The translations under genes were made by a program, and so were the position numbers. Positions 35,301-47,069 of a DNA stretch of 64,000 nucleotides are shown piece by piece. The DNA is from Balanoglossus misakiensis (Eukaryota > Animalia > Hemichordata): positions 2,810,413 to 2,874,412 of the forward strand of contig CM082588.2 of NCBI GenBank assembly GCA_040954595.2, given 5' to 3'. Within the stretch, counting starts at the first letter, position 1. Every line of letters starts with the position of its first letter. Under the pieces are notes generated by a model. The model saw only the letters and a list, made by a program, of their open reading frames with translations, was not told where the DNA came from and did no database searches.

Positions 35301-38300
35301 CTTTGGTGAACAACAAGTTTATTAGCTCTTTGTATCTTTTCATACTCCACTTGTAAGCAATTCTAGTTACATTACCAATAATGACATCACTGCTGGGTTT
35401 TCTCTGAACAGACCTGTATCTCTAAATTACCACCCAGGGCCAACTGTGGTATTTCTTCCGTCTCAAAGAGAAGTAAAATGCTTATTCTCTTCTCCTTTCT
35501 CCAAAACAGCATGAGGCTTGTTTGGTTTTGATCACTCCTCATTTGTCTCCCACAGTTTCCGTCACAAACACACCTGATCACCTGTGATTTTTTCTTCACA
35601 ATTAGCGTATCATTGAGCGAAGTTTTTTTTTTTTTACCAGTCTCAGATCATATAATTAGGGGTGTTATTTCTGAGTTTTCTGACTGGCTGCGTTCCATAG
35701 AAAGGAGCCACTCAGAGCAGTTTTCCAAACTAGCAGCTAATTAGCATTGTGTTGCTGGCGGCCAAGAAGTTATGATACAACACGCTCAACTGTGGACAAT
35801 ATTTACAACCATGAAAGTTCTCTTTATGTCACGGACCATGCATGAATTCTTACAGCAATCACTGAAGGGTTAATATAAAGTCAGTTGAATGGTAGAAAAT
35901 GTTACAACACAAATACTAGTATCTATGGAAACCGACGTCACACTTCAAATATGACAATTCTCTTTTCATCTCTATGCTGTTCCGGTCTGATGCATATGTT
36001 TGTTCCAAGAGGTCTCCCTATCCCACATGTTTTACAATCCATGGTTTGTTTACGATAGAAAAAATGGGCTACTACATGGGCGATGACAATATAATGCTAT
36101 GGACTGGAAGTTCTGGCAATAATGTCTTTGTGCCTGTCAAGTGAGCTACTCACATTTTGGAGCACACAACTACACAACATATTCACATTGCTGTCTTTGT
36201 GTGACAAACCCCATTTCATCATCCAATTGGTCATTTATTTATTTTTCTCACCTCCGCATCTCTATAAACGAGCGCATTGAATGAAAACACCACACCGGAC
36301 ATAAAGATGGAGAATCTGCAATTTACACATCCTGCAAAGTGGCAGTTGGAATTTTTTTCAGCTTCATTACACCAGCTAAGTGTGATCCCTTACAACTGCC
36401 TTTGAATAGACGAAGAGCTTCCGTCCACTTTTTTTTGATGGAGCAATGCAGGGAGTCTTCCAGAAGTCTTGGTTGGAAGACGGGGCTATTCTAAGACATA
36501 GATACTTGGTCATTACCACTCTTTTGTCTTTGCGCAGTCGCGACCACGCTTGGCCGCACTTGCCACGTGGGGGCCAAACGAGAGCATAATGCCTGATCGA
36601 GGAGGAAGATGACCCTCTGTGGGCAATGTTACTTTCACTTGGATGGACCCATTGTCTCCAAGGAGGTAGATGACAAAAAAAAATCAGTGTAGAGCTGTGG
36701 CTTCTGTTTTACACGTCTGCAAAATATTCTACCAAGATCTGCTACACTGAATTTCTGAGCAGATGATTGTCAGCGAGTCTCTTTATCCCAAACTATATAC
36801 ATATCACATGGAAAGCTGCCTGGCGCTGCAGTTGTGAAACACACTGGCCAATTAGTTACACACTATTGTTTCAACTAAACTCCCTTTTTGACAATTCAAT
36901 TACTACAAGTTTTCCTACGAAAAAATGCGATTAATTAGCATTTAGTAGGACATGGAGACTCTTCTACATTGTCAGTAGATCAGTGTTCAGCTGGGGGGTC
37001 TCTTTTGTTTTCACATCAGTTCTTGTCAGGAGAAACAATCGTGGTATACACACACCTAATCAAGGTCTGAACCATTGTCAACATTACTGAACTTGATGAA
37101 GTGTTTCTTGATGACGTTTTACACTTTTAATATAAATTAATTTCACCTGTATTAAGTTATTTTATCACACACTGTAAAGTTGTACCTGTATAGAGGATAC
37201 TGGGCGTAAAAGTGTTTAAATAATCATGCCCCCCCCCCCCCCACAAATAAAACAGCAACAAAAAACCACCTGACATGTTTATAATGAGAATCATCTATGG
37301 TCTGCCAATAGATATCAACTTTTTTCACATCACGGTAGATTTTGTCTGTTTTGGCCACAGCAATTATTTGACTGTAATATTTAGTTTTCAAATCTTTCAT
37401 TTTCAATTATAGGATTACAGAACAAGTGGAAGCTCTTAGCCGAGAAACAAGGAGGATTTGCAAGATTTGGATAAATTAACGATCCACATCACACTCAAAC
37501 AATAAAAGAAATCATGGAAAAGTAATAAGCAAAAATGAGGTAAGTTTCTTATGTTAACTCTTTTTTTAAAAGTTGTAATAATCATTAGAAATGTAATCAT
37601 GCTGAGAAATGGTGGTGACGATTTTTTTTAAAAGCTTTTTTAGCATTCTTTGGTCATAATTCTTAACTGGTTTAGGGGTTCCCTTTTCAACAAACTGGTT
37701 GGCATTCACCACTTGCTTTTGTGCTTCAAGCTGAATGAAATCTTTTTCCAAGAAATTGAGTCAAGACAAGAGTGGATGCGATAAAGAACAGGCAAGTTAA
37801 TGAGCCTGTGTTTTTGTGACTCAGGCCGACAGAAAATGCCCAGGATTACTGTTTCTTGTTTTTCAGTGTGTTGATAGATTGCCATAGCTTGGCATCAGAG
37901 GGTGTGTCTGTCTTGGATAATGAGGGGTATACATAGCCTCCGGCACTTGCCTCCTGAAAAAAGCCACCGTGGGGCGCCATCTGAGACCCGGGCTTAAAAT
38001 TCGCCTCGGAAAAATTTCTCCGGCCGGATTATGCGCCCCTACTGTGTTGCTAGTGAGGAGATTGGTTTCAAAAGTCGAGACTATTGTCTTGGGTCAAACT
38101 TCTCTGCTGGAAGTCGAACAGAGAAAGTGTCAGACGCAGCAAGACCACTCAGACAAAGACTAGCCGCTTCGGCAAAACTTTCAACTTCAAAATTGTTATT
38201 CAAAGTTGTAAAGACCGGAATGCAGGGAGGACATGTTGATATTCAGCTGAATGTCTTCTTTTGATTGTTATTAAAGGGGAATTCGCTATGTATTGATAAT

Positions 38301-40699
38301 TATGGATAATTTTGGTACATACTTGAAATTGTCACAGAGGTATTAGCATGTGTGACTGCATCTTTAATGACTTACTGCATCTTTAATGACTTGCCAACAG
38401 CATATTTCAGTAAAGACAACCACAGAAATATGAAACCAAAATGGTGTCAAGAGCAAGAATTGTTCATAATTGATGAAAATTTCACACCTATTGGCACTGT
38501 GATCTCAATTCGGTTCACCAAAGAGCTTCTTGATTGCGAGAAAAAACAATTACCAACAAACAGATCAATAAAAGAAATCAGACAACAACTGTCAAAATCA
38601 ACAGGAGACCTGCACTTGAATAAACTTTTGAATCTCACTCAGCAGGATAAAATCTAGCCGATGACTAAAGAAGCGTTAAGGGTTTTATCTGGGCAGGGGT
38701 TCCCAGCCAAAAAATTCCCAACAACATCAACACACTGATGATATACATGCATTGTAAAACAAGAATTCCAAGCTATTCTTCCCTATTTCCAAGTATGTGG
38801 GTCCAAATTTATCCAATAAAACACTGTGGTTAACCCAAAATATGGGGGTGACAGGGGTGTTTTATGGTAGACTGGCCTTTAACCCCTGACTTTCATACCA
38901 GTAAGATCAGTAAAATTCCAACTTTGAAATAGATAGCAATGTGGTTAAAACCATGGTACAGTGGTTAAGGTGTTTTTATTTAGTTGACAAAACACCATCA
39001 AACAAAAAAGTAAAACAAAGTTATACAGAAAAGCTGAGTTTTTGCTTGTTCGAGTGTTTGTCAGCTTTTCTGAACTTCTGAGGAAAACTTCAACAAACGA
39101 GCGAAACAACACAGACTAATTATTGGTTTGTGGTGAACAAAGCTCCAGTAAGTTGACTTTTTTTTGTCTTCTGCAACTCGAAGGAAGGATTACATCCACG
39201 TGGCTGGAGATACAACTTACAAGGTAGTCTAATTATTGAAAGCAAAAAAAACCTCAACACAAACTAGCCATTGAATTGGCGGTATTTACAATGTCCCAAT
39301 TACTCTTCCTGACTCATATCACCTGCTACCAACTCTCTTTAGCCACATCTTAATTAAACCAAATTTAATTAACCGGCACAGGAATAATTAGCATGATTAT
39401 CAAGTTACTGACACACTGATGCATTTTCCTCCAGTGTGTAAACTTGCAAAGTGTGACAGTTGGCACTGAAGGTACAAAAAATTATGGCAATTTTATTTAA
39501 TTATCAGAAAATACTCAGCGAGTGTTTATTTTACCAATATTGACGTCAGTGCTACAAAATGTATGTGTCTTGGAGAACAAAAACTGTAGGCAGATGATGC
39601 AGAAGGAAAAAAATTCTTCTGTGAGGCCTTGAGAAAAAAGTAAGACGGGCAATAGAAAAAAAAAATTGCTGTTGACAGCTAGTGGCTGAAAAAAAATTGA
39701 CAAACCCAAATCCCCCACCCCCCAGAAATCAAATGGTTCTCCCCTAAACGTGATCTATTAGCATGGAAATTTGCATTTTTACGTTCGTCCACATCGGGTG
39801 ACTGTGATTCGTCCTCGCATGGAACGTGTCAAATTTCACATGGGTGGCTGAAGCAATTACCCAGGTTAGCAATCACACAAAGTTCCGAAAGACAACTGTG
39901 CGTTGACAGATCACGTTTGAATTTTCATCACAGTTATCTTTCATGGCCAGAGTCTTGCTCTAGACATAATATTATCGGATAGCTGCATTACAATAAATGT
40001 ACTGGGTCGTTTCAATATCTACTGGATACGTCCCTACACCTGGACGATACCATTATTTTTATGTTGCTTTAGGTTTTGCCAGATGCTGGATGCGGTTGGT
40101 CGGTGCGGCACAACTCGCCGAACCTCCTCCAATACCACGGGCAAAACCACATCTGAGATAGCCAAGCGATGGCTATCTCGCTTTTCATGCCCACGATTCT
40201 CATATGTGGCATCGACAAGGTCTTGATTAGCGAGTCTGCTGAATAGACGACCAGCACACATCAACTGATCAAGCACGCGACATGACAAAAAACCCGGAAG
40301 TAAACAGGCAATTATGCCTGGACGCGATCGCGACGCGACAGTCGCTGTTTGCCATAGCAACGTACTCTGCGTACCCATTCGATCAAACATGGACTTCGAT
40401 GGTTCGCATGACGGTGGCTATCTCTGTCTACCAGGCGATCGCGATCTTCCCTGTCTTACAAATCAGACCGAGAAACTGACTGAAACCACGGGAGCTGTGT
40501 ACGGAAATGGACATATGCATACAAAGGACGCGTCTTGCTCAGAGTAAACAGTGGTAGAAGCGATCGCGGCAAATTTCAGGCCTGTGTTTTCTCCCCAGTC
40601 AAGAAAATCGCATAAGAATTACCAAACCTTGTCTGATATTACCGTTTTGGGTCTTTTCAGGATGGCTTTTCCGGTACATATCGCACATGTTACAGGCAT
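17328..40699 (-). CDS. CTU1: Cytoplasmic tRNA 2-thiolation protein 1 (Ncs6/ATPBD3), 12 exons, 20.4-kb first intron
   Basis: Exon 1 is 40699-40643 ([19 protein letters not shown]). Further exons: 20210-20087 ([18 protein letters not shown]), 19970-19852 ([20 protein letters not shown]), and at about 19726-19670, 19455-19397 (LYGWTMD), 19247-19129 ([25 protein letters not shown]), 18880-18834, 18472-18406 ([12 protein letters not shown]), 18183-18059 ([15 protein letters not shown]), 17901-17754 ([15 protein letters not shown]), 17615-17579 and 17438-17328. The PP-loop SGGKDS and CxxC motifs are intact. Confidence 0.96.
21230..21276. mobile_element. Tiny palindromic insertion with 7-8 bp target-site duplication (MITE-like or transposon footprint)
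   Basis: GCTTCAAG + CATAGACCCTG-gatatatctt-CAGGGTCTAC + GCTTCAAG. Confidence 0.55.
40285..40600. promoter_or_regulatory. CpG-rich promoter-like segment just inside CTU1 intron 1
   Basis: ETS CCGGAAGT at about 40294, RFX X-box-like GTTTGCCATAGCAAC at about 40347-40361, and GCGATCGCG three times (about 40324, 40435, 40560). Confidence 0.5.
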
Positions 40700-41201
40700 G
40701 ATGTCCGTTTCGTCTCGTCTGTAATAGGCACCCGTCACCGAAGCGTAATGAAAGGGGACATTTGATTGGCTGCTTTCGGGTATACTTAGAGGCCGAAAAT
40801 TGGCTTTATCTTGTAACATTTCAAATCTAATCTATCCATCCTGCTCACTTGTGGTAACAGTAATATTAAAACTGCCCTGTACTACATTTAATCGAAATCT
40901 GAAATAAAACACAGAGCTTTGACTCGTAGTTATTCCTTTCACAAGCCCACCAATGAAATTACTATTTACATAGGAGAATGGCCTGAAAAGAAAATCGCGC
41001 CTGCGCACACACATACACATCCTCCCGTGTGCTCCCGTATTACGCACACAAACTTTCCCCAGCCACTAGACAGAACTTGGTGATCAATTAACGAGTTGTG
41101 GACGCCGAGGAGAGAATCAGCAACTACATTATCGATTTAAGAAGTCAGAGAAAAGAATTATCCGGGTTCCACGAATGCAAGCAACAGCTATTCACCACCG
41201 C

Positions 41202-41220
41202 AGAGAGAGAGAGAGAGAGA
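41202..41220. repeat. Short (AG)n microsatellite
   Basis: About 9-10 AG units between CTU1 exon 1 and Olig. Confidence 0.85.
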
Positions 41221-42099
41221 TAAATAAACTGAACAATTGTTGGCCACAACTGAAATGATTCTAAATTCAACAACACAAATACATGTAAAGGAAAATAAAC
41301 ATCACCTCGGTTGATGACGACAAAGTAAAATTTAATTAGTATTATTCCTTTTTGTCTCCATGTATAATTTTCACATTTCCAGTAGGTTGTTTATTGTGGG
41401 GGCAACCGGGAACAATGCTACCCGAAAAGTAGTAATGGACTATGAAAATGTAGATACACAGGATTCGGGTTTTCTCTTACTTATAATAAAAGTCAAAACA
41501 AAACAAACCAAGTAAATTTAAGATAAATGCACGTTCTCTCTTCACGTTAGTGTGTGTATACGTGGTTTTCTTATAGCGCTCTTTGCGTTCATGTTCGTCA
41601 TTGTTCAACTTAGTTTTAAAGTTTTCTCCCATGTTGTACCCATTACTGATAGTAATGACGCCGCACTTTCTTTGTACTTGCGCGCATACGCGGGGCAGTT
41701 TTTTTCCATTGCCTGTGCTGTGATTTGTGGTCATCGTAACAACAACAGCGACGACGACGAAGTTTAGGGCAAGAAAAGTGACAACTCTATCGAGTTTGAC
41801 TCTAAAGTGCCTGGCACCTTGGCGCGTTTCGATTGATGGCCGAAGAGAAAGGAAAAGAAGTGGCAAGTACTACAAGTGGATAACGCCGACGACTTTCACA
41901 ATGCCCTGCCACATTCTTGGTCTTACGGCTTTGTCAGTGTCTTGGAAACGGCCTGCTGTAAGACACGCGAGGAGCGCGTGCCTATCAATCACTGCAAACG
42001 GGCCTACATATGAGATGACAGTGTCTACATATTTTGTGGATTTCTACGCCATATGTGTACCGCTGGAGTACAACAATACCGCAATAGCCGGTCGTTTGC

Positions 42100-42250
42100 G
42101 TGAAAGGGGCCGCTTTTGATTGGGTACACGGCAGCAGCATGGCATTCATCCAATCATTTTGTGATTGGACCTTTACAGTTGAGAGTGCGCTATTGTCACT
42201 TTCAACGCAGCCATTGTCTTCCATTCACGGGCCGCTTTTTTAAAGGTTCC
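42100..42250 (+). promoter_or_regulatory. Putative Olig proximal promoter
   Basis: Three CCAAT boxes (gattgg at about 42118, ccaatc at about 42150, gattgg at about 42163), a repeated GGCCGCTTTT, and a TATA-like TTTTTAAA at about 42237, roughly 130 bp before the ATG. Confidence 0.45.
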
Positions 42251-42365
42251 CCCCTCCGACAACTGTTCGCATTACTGAACTTTCCGTTCGCAAGATAAGT
42301 TATCTTAGGATCGACTTTCTGCGCGTGCACCCGGTAGCCGAGACTCTGACCGTAGACGTGTGACG

Positions 42366-43085
42366 ATGGCGGCCAACTTTCCCGAGGCAAACTCACCCAG
42401 CGGAAGCGAGATGTCGCCGGCGAATACTTCCGACGTCGCCATGAACGACACGGCGAGTGAGTGCAGCTCGGATGTGAGCGACCACACCGAAGACCGGTCC
42501 ATCGGCTCCGCCACCGAGTACTGCGAAGACTCGCGCAGCCGGGCCGGCAAACTGAAGCGCAAACAGATGAAGACCATGAAAGCCCTGTCAGAGGGAGAGC
42601 AACAAGATCTGCGGCTGAAGATTAACAGCCGGGAGAGGAAACGGATGCACGACCTCAACTCTGCGCTGGACGGCCTCCGAGAGGTGATGCCGTACGCGCA
42701 CGGACCCTCGGTGCGAAAACTCTCCAAGATTGCCACTTTGCTGCTGGCCAAAAACTATATCCTGATGCTGTCGAGCAGCCTGGAGGAAATGAAGAGACTC
42801 GTCAGCGACATTTACCAGGGCAGCGGCGGCGGAGCTGGCCTGCATCACCCGGGATATGCCGCCAACAGAACGCGAGTACCTGTCATGTCGACGGCCGTCC
42901 ACCGGGATGTCATCGCCACCGCCGCAGCAGTTAATGCCGTGAGCAACCCGCTGAAGGATGTATCATCCCCGCACGCACACGACGTTCACGCTTATAATCG
43001 ATGGCCCGTGCCGTGCACGTGTTCCCAGTGCGCGGCGGAAACCATGCGTGTGCCGTACACAAACATGGCGAGGTACGGAAAGTAG
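42366..43085 (+). CDS. Olig: Olig-family bHLH transcription factor, single exon
   Basis: b[57 protein letters not shown] followed by [13 protein letters not shown], and C-terminal [10 protein letters not shown]. This is Olig-type rather than BHLHE22/23. First ATG at 42366; AATAAA at 43900. Confidence 0.95.
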   Translation: MAANFPEANSPSGSEMSPANTSDVAMNDTASECSSDVSDHTEDRSIGSATEYCEDSRSRAGKLKRKQMKTMKALSEGEQQDLRLKINSRERKRMHDLNSALDGLREVMPYAHGPSVRKLSKIATLLLAKNYILMLSSSLEEMKRLVSDIYQGSGGGAGLHHPGYAANRTRVPVMSTAVHRDVIATAAAVNAVSNPLKDVSSPHAHDVHAYNRWPVPCTCSQCAAETMRVPYTNMARYGK

Positions 43086-46000
43086 GACGAGATTGCTTGG
43101 CTCTGAACTCTGAACTAGAATGGACCTTTTTTTGCCACAGGTGTATATAAAAATCTATATAACATTTCACAGATAATTGCCTTTATATGTATATTTAAGA
43201 AGTTTTCATTGTGGAACAAAACGTTGTACCTTGACGCTCAGGGTTCCTTTTTTTATTAAAACGAAGTGTGATTTTTAACTTTTGCGGGATACTGGACGAA
43301 GTATTTAGCATGCAGGATTTTCAAAGAAAACGCAAACATTTTGAATGCAAATTTCCTTGTATTTTTCAATCAAAATGCTCGTTATGCAGTCTTTAAGTAG
43401 ATTTGATTTACTTCGAGATCAAAAACTTATTTACCTAACTTTATCATCGAGGATGTCCTTCTGCACTGCCAAAGCCAAACAGCAGATTTAAAGTTTTGCT
43501 GTTCCGCCATACTGCCAAACTATGGAGCAAACGTATCTTTCGTACTGGCGCATGCGTCCTCAGTTGGTCATAATTTGCGCTGAGTGGGGTGGGGGGAGTT
43601 GTCCTGGGGTTGATGTGGGGATTATTTATTTATTTAACTGCAAGAATTTCCTTTAAGAGACGCCTATGTAACGTATAGGTTGCGTAAAAGGGTGAGGGGA
43701 TCGACTCAAATCAATTCTGGTTCGTGGAGAATAGTGATTAATATTGTTCTATTCTGAAACTTACTTTTATTTTATGCCCAGTGTATATAAACTTCATTCT
43801 TCTCGACTTCTCTGCCACTACAATGTTTGGAGACCGATTTCAAGAATGTTTTTTTTTTTTATAAATGTCACACAATTACGAGATAATTATGTTATGGTGA
43901 ATAAAACATTGTTCTAAATGATTTGCATTAATGCACATGTATGTGTTTCCGGTTTTGTTTTGTTTTTCGACAACTTCAAACTTTTGTAAAGGCATGGGCA
44001 CAAGCTGGCGTTGGTGGCAGTCTGACATCACCCGGCCATTCCTCGTATTACAAAACGTGCCGTAAAGCAGAAATATGTGGCATTTACCATTGAGGTGAAT
44101 TCAGTGGTTCAGTCTCCGTGAGTGCACCTGATTGCATGGTAATTGAAGAAAGTACTTTCTTCGTGTGCTTTTACAAACTGCGCATCGGTTCTCCGTTTAT
44201 TTCATGACGTCACTTTTCTTAGCACTATATTCGACAGTCGCTGTCTCACCCTAATCAGCATCGCACTCACCGACAAGGAATCACGCAGGATTGTATACTA
44301 TCGAACGACTCCGTGCAGGTAAGAAGAACATGCCCCAGAAAAGAGTGAATGTTTCTCTGTTTTTAAACACAACCATCATTTGGACTTAACGTTTCGTCAG
44401 CGCGATTCTTAAAGATGACCGTGAGTGCAAGCCTTCTTTGACATTGACCTTCTTGAATTGTGAAGAAAACAAGACATCTTCGTACATGTGTGGTCTCTAT
44501 ATACAAACGCCTTGTCGATCAGAACCAACTCGGTGTTCGTACATGTCATATGAGCTCATTTTGATGACCTCGGATGTAAATTGACTGCAGCCTATGTGTA
44601 GCCTGGGTCCTTAAAGATTTACAGATGATAGAGTCGCGCTTGTCGTTTGCATGGCTACACATCGATATTTATGATGTCATTCGGGTACAAGCATAATCGT
44701 GGGTTCGACACCCCGTATACCTGCTCGCAGTAAGACATTAGTAGTAAATGGCCATTACATGAAAGTTAATGAAGTTATCTATTTTAAGGTGAATGCAATG
44801 TAACATTAAGTTATATATCCTAAGCGGAATGAAGAAGTCATCTTCATTACAATTTTTTCTCCAAAATCTCTCTAACTAAAACGTTAATCGTCGGAAAGAT
44901 TCAAGCGCCTGTTCATTGGCCCATGGCCAAAGCAATTGCCAAGAATTTGTATTCGAAGACATGCGCTCACTGATAAGAATAAGGAAGTACATTTTGTACT
45001 CCTTATCGCATGCTTTCTGAATGAACTAACTCGCCTTCAGTGAAGCATTTTTATAGTCACTAGGGACCGAAATGCATTAAAATTGGTTTATCCTTGTAGC
45101 AACGCTTGTAGAAAGCCCTCTGATACTCTACACAGAAACACAGCTACTATTCACCGACTGTTCTGGGGTTGAAACCGCTTTGATTCCATTATTCTTAATT
45201 GGCATATCCTGTTGCCATTTTCTGTCTATTTTAACTACTTTATGTCGTTTTCTGGTGGTAAGCTCGCAGTTAAATGTCATTTAGTACTGATTTGCAAACA
45301 CCAATAGCATCGCAGTCACCGTGGTTACCTTGTACAGCCCAATAATTTATTCTGCACTAGTGACGTCAGATTATGTCCATTTTACGTAAATTCACTCACC
45401 AACGTAAGCTTTAACTGAATTTATGCTAATATGGCAGCACCCGAAAAAGGTTAATGTTTGAGATTAGCATGGGTGTTAATGTTCGCTACCTGAAAACGCA
45501 TATCATGTGCCTCGTCGACCTATAGCTTTCCGAGCACGTGTGTTTATTTTTTTTTTCCACATGATGGAAGACTAAATAAGAACATGTTACGCATAATCTA
45601 GCAATCGAGGGAGTAGACATTGGAGAGAAATGTTATTACGAATTGTCTGGTGCGTTGTTATTGGATTATTTCAAGAGACAGACAATAATACAATTGAGTT
45701 TTCCAGACAATCGACAGAAGAAAAAAATGGTTGAAGGTGTTGGACGTAGTGAATTGAGGGTGAATGCCTGCATGTACACCATACTTGATCATTCTTTCCC
45801 ATTGTTTTGGATCGAAAATAGAGAGAGGCTAAATATAAGATACATCAAGAGTGCGTTATTTCTGGACTATGATTTGTCAAGTGGATGGGGTAGAGGCAAA
45901 TTTAGCCAAAAAAACTCGTAATGTATATCAATTTTATTACTTTGAGACTCGGTGAGGCACTGTAAGAAATTCGTATCAAACGAAATGACAGTCACATGTA

Positions 46001-46440
46001 AATATGACTTATGGGGGCAACCTTCAGATTTATTAGCTCAGCTAGCGTGTAAATATTATTACAACTAAATTGGATTAAACCAAATTTACGATGATTTAGC
46101 CAGCTATTTACATGTACTATCTCGACAGGTAAAGTGTTTTACATGCGTTGTGGTTTAAGTCTAACGTTGTTGAGTATTGGTGCAATTGTGCTCGTTTAGG
46201 CAAAGGGCAGTGGCCCTAACCAGAAAAAAGTGAACATTAAAATTCAAGAGAAAGGAGAAAAATGAAACCTCACAATAATATATTTATCTGTACTAGTTTT
46301 TATCATTTTCACAGATGGAAAAGAAGACCTAATGATTTATTTTTTTCACTGATATTTATTTGTGTTTGTCGTTCAGTGTAGGAGCCTTTTTATTGTCGTT
46401 GTACCTGACTTTTATTTTCAGGAAATCAAACTATTCCAAG

Positions 46441-46842
46441 ATGGCTCCTGGGGTCAATTGTGTGATGGTCGTGTGTTTCGTGATGTTCCTGATGATGTCG
46501 TTAGGAGAGACTACATTCGCTGGCGGCTTGTTCGACCTTGACAACGTGGAGGGTAATCTTGGAATACACCACCGAGTGAGTCATAGTTTAACCTTGAGGT
46601 TTTGACGTAAACACTGTACATGCTTCTGTGTATTAAAGACAGTAGAGCGAAAATGGACATGCAACCATAGACGGTCTAAGCACAACTCTCAATTTCTTTT
46701 CCAGATCCATTGCATTCCAGAGGAAGTGGAGTGTTACCCTGAAGAGGGCGCCCTCGAGTGCTGTGAAAACACAGCTTGTTTAGATGTCGACGGCTTCCCC
46801 TGTGCCGGCTCCGAGGACTGTCGATGCCTGCCGATCCCATAA
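46441..46842 (+). CDS. Small secreted cysteine-rich knottin (ICK)-like precursor, 90 aa, 2 coding exons
   Basis: Exon 46441-46575: MAPGVNCVMVVCFVMFLMMSLGETTFAGGLFDLDNVEGNLGIHHR, then donor GTGAGT. Phase-0 intron to ttttccag at 46704. Exon 46705-46842: IHCIPEEVECYPEEGALECCENTACLDVDGFPCAGSEDCRCLPIP*. AATAAA at 46952. An acceptor at about 46421 implies an upstream non-coding exon. Confidence 0.8.
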
Positions 46843-47069
46843 GGACACAGTTCGGCAGACAACACAGCGCCACCAACATTCAAAATTACTTTATATTAAA
46901 ACATTGCGTGCATATACCTGACAAGCTCAGCAACATTCTCAGTTAAGATTTAATAAAATCGCAATTTAAAGTTACAAAAATATAAGCTTACTATCCTCAA
47001 AGCTAACCCCGATGTACATATGTTTTGCACATGTACTTGACATTGGTGAAGATTATTAAAACATGGAAA

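Noticed and set aside
40320-40450. 7SK RNA suggested by repeated GCGATC motifs
   Set aside because: The motifs are self-palindromic CpG promoter-like words. There is no clear 7SK 5' and 3' stem architecture or PSE/TATA arrangement.
20250-40600. Short ORFs in the CTU1 intron as nested protein genes
   Set aside because: No recognisable domains, coding-like composition or consistent exon chains.
42305-42902. Antisense ORFs over Olig (likewise over the MCT and NUDC exons)
   Set aside because: These are shadows of GC-rich coding sequence on the other strand.
44670-44730. tRNA gene or SINE suggested by a GGTTCGA B-box-like motif
   Set aside because: No cloverleaf, convincing A box or acceptor stem could be formed.
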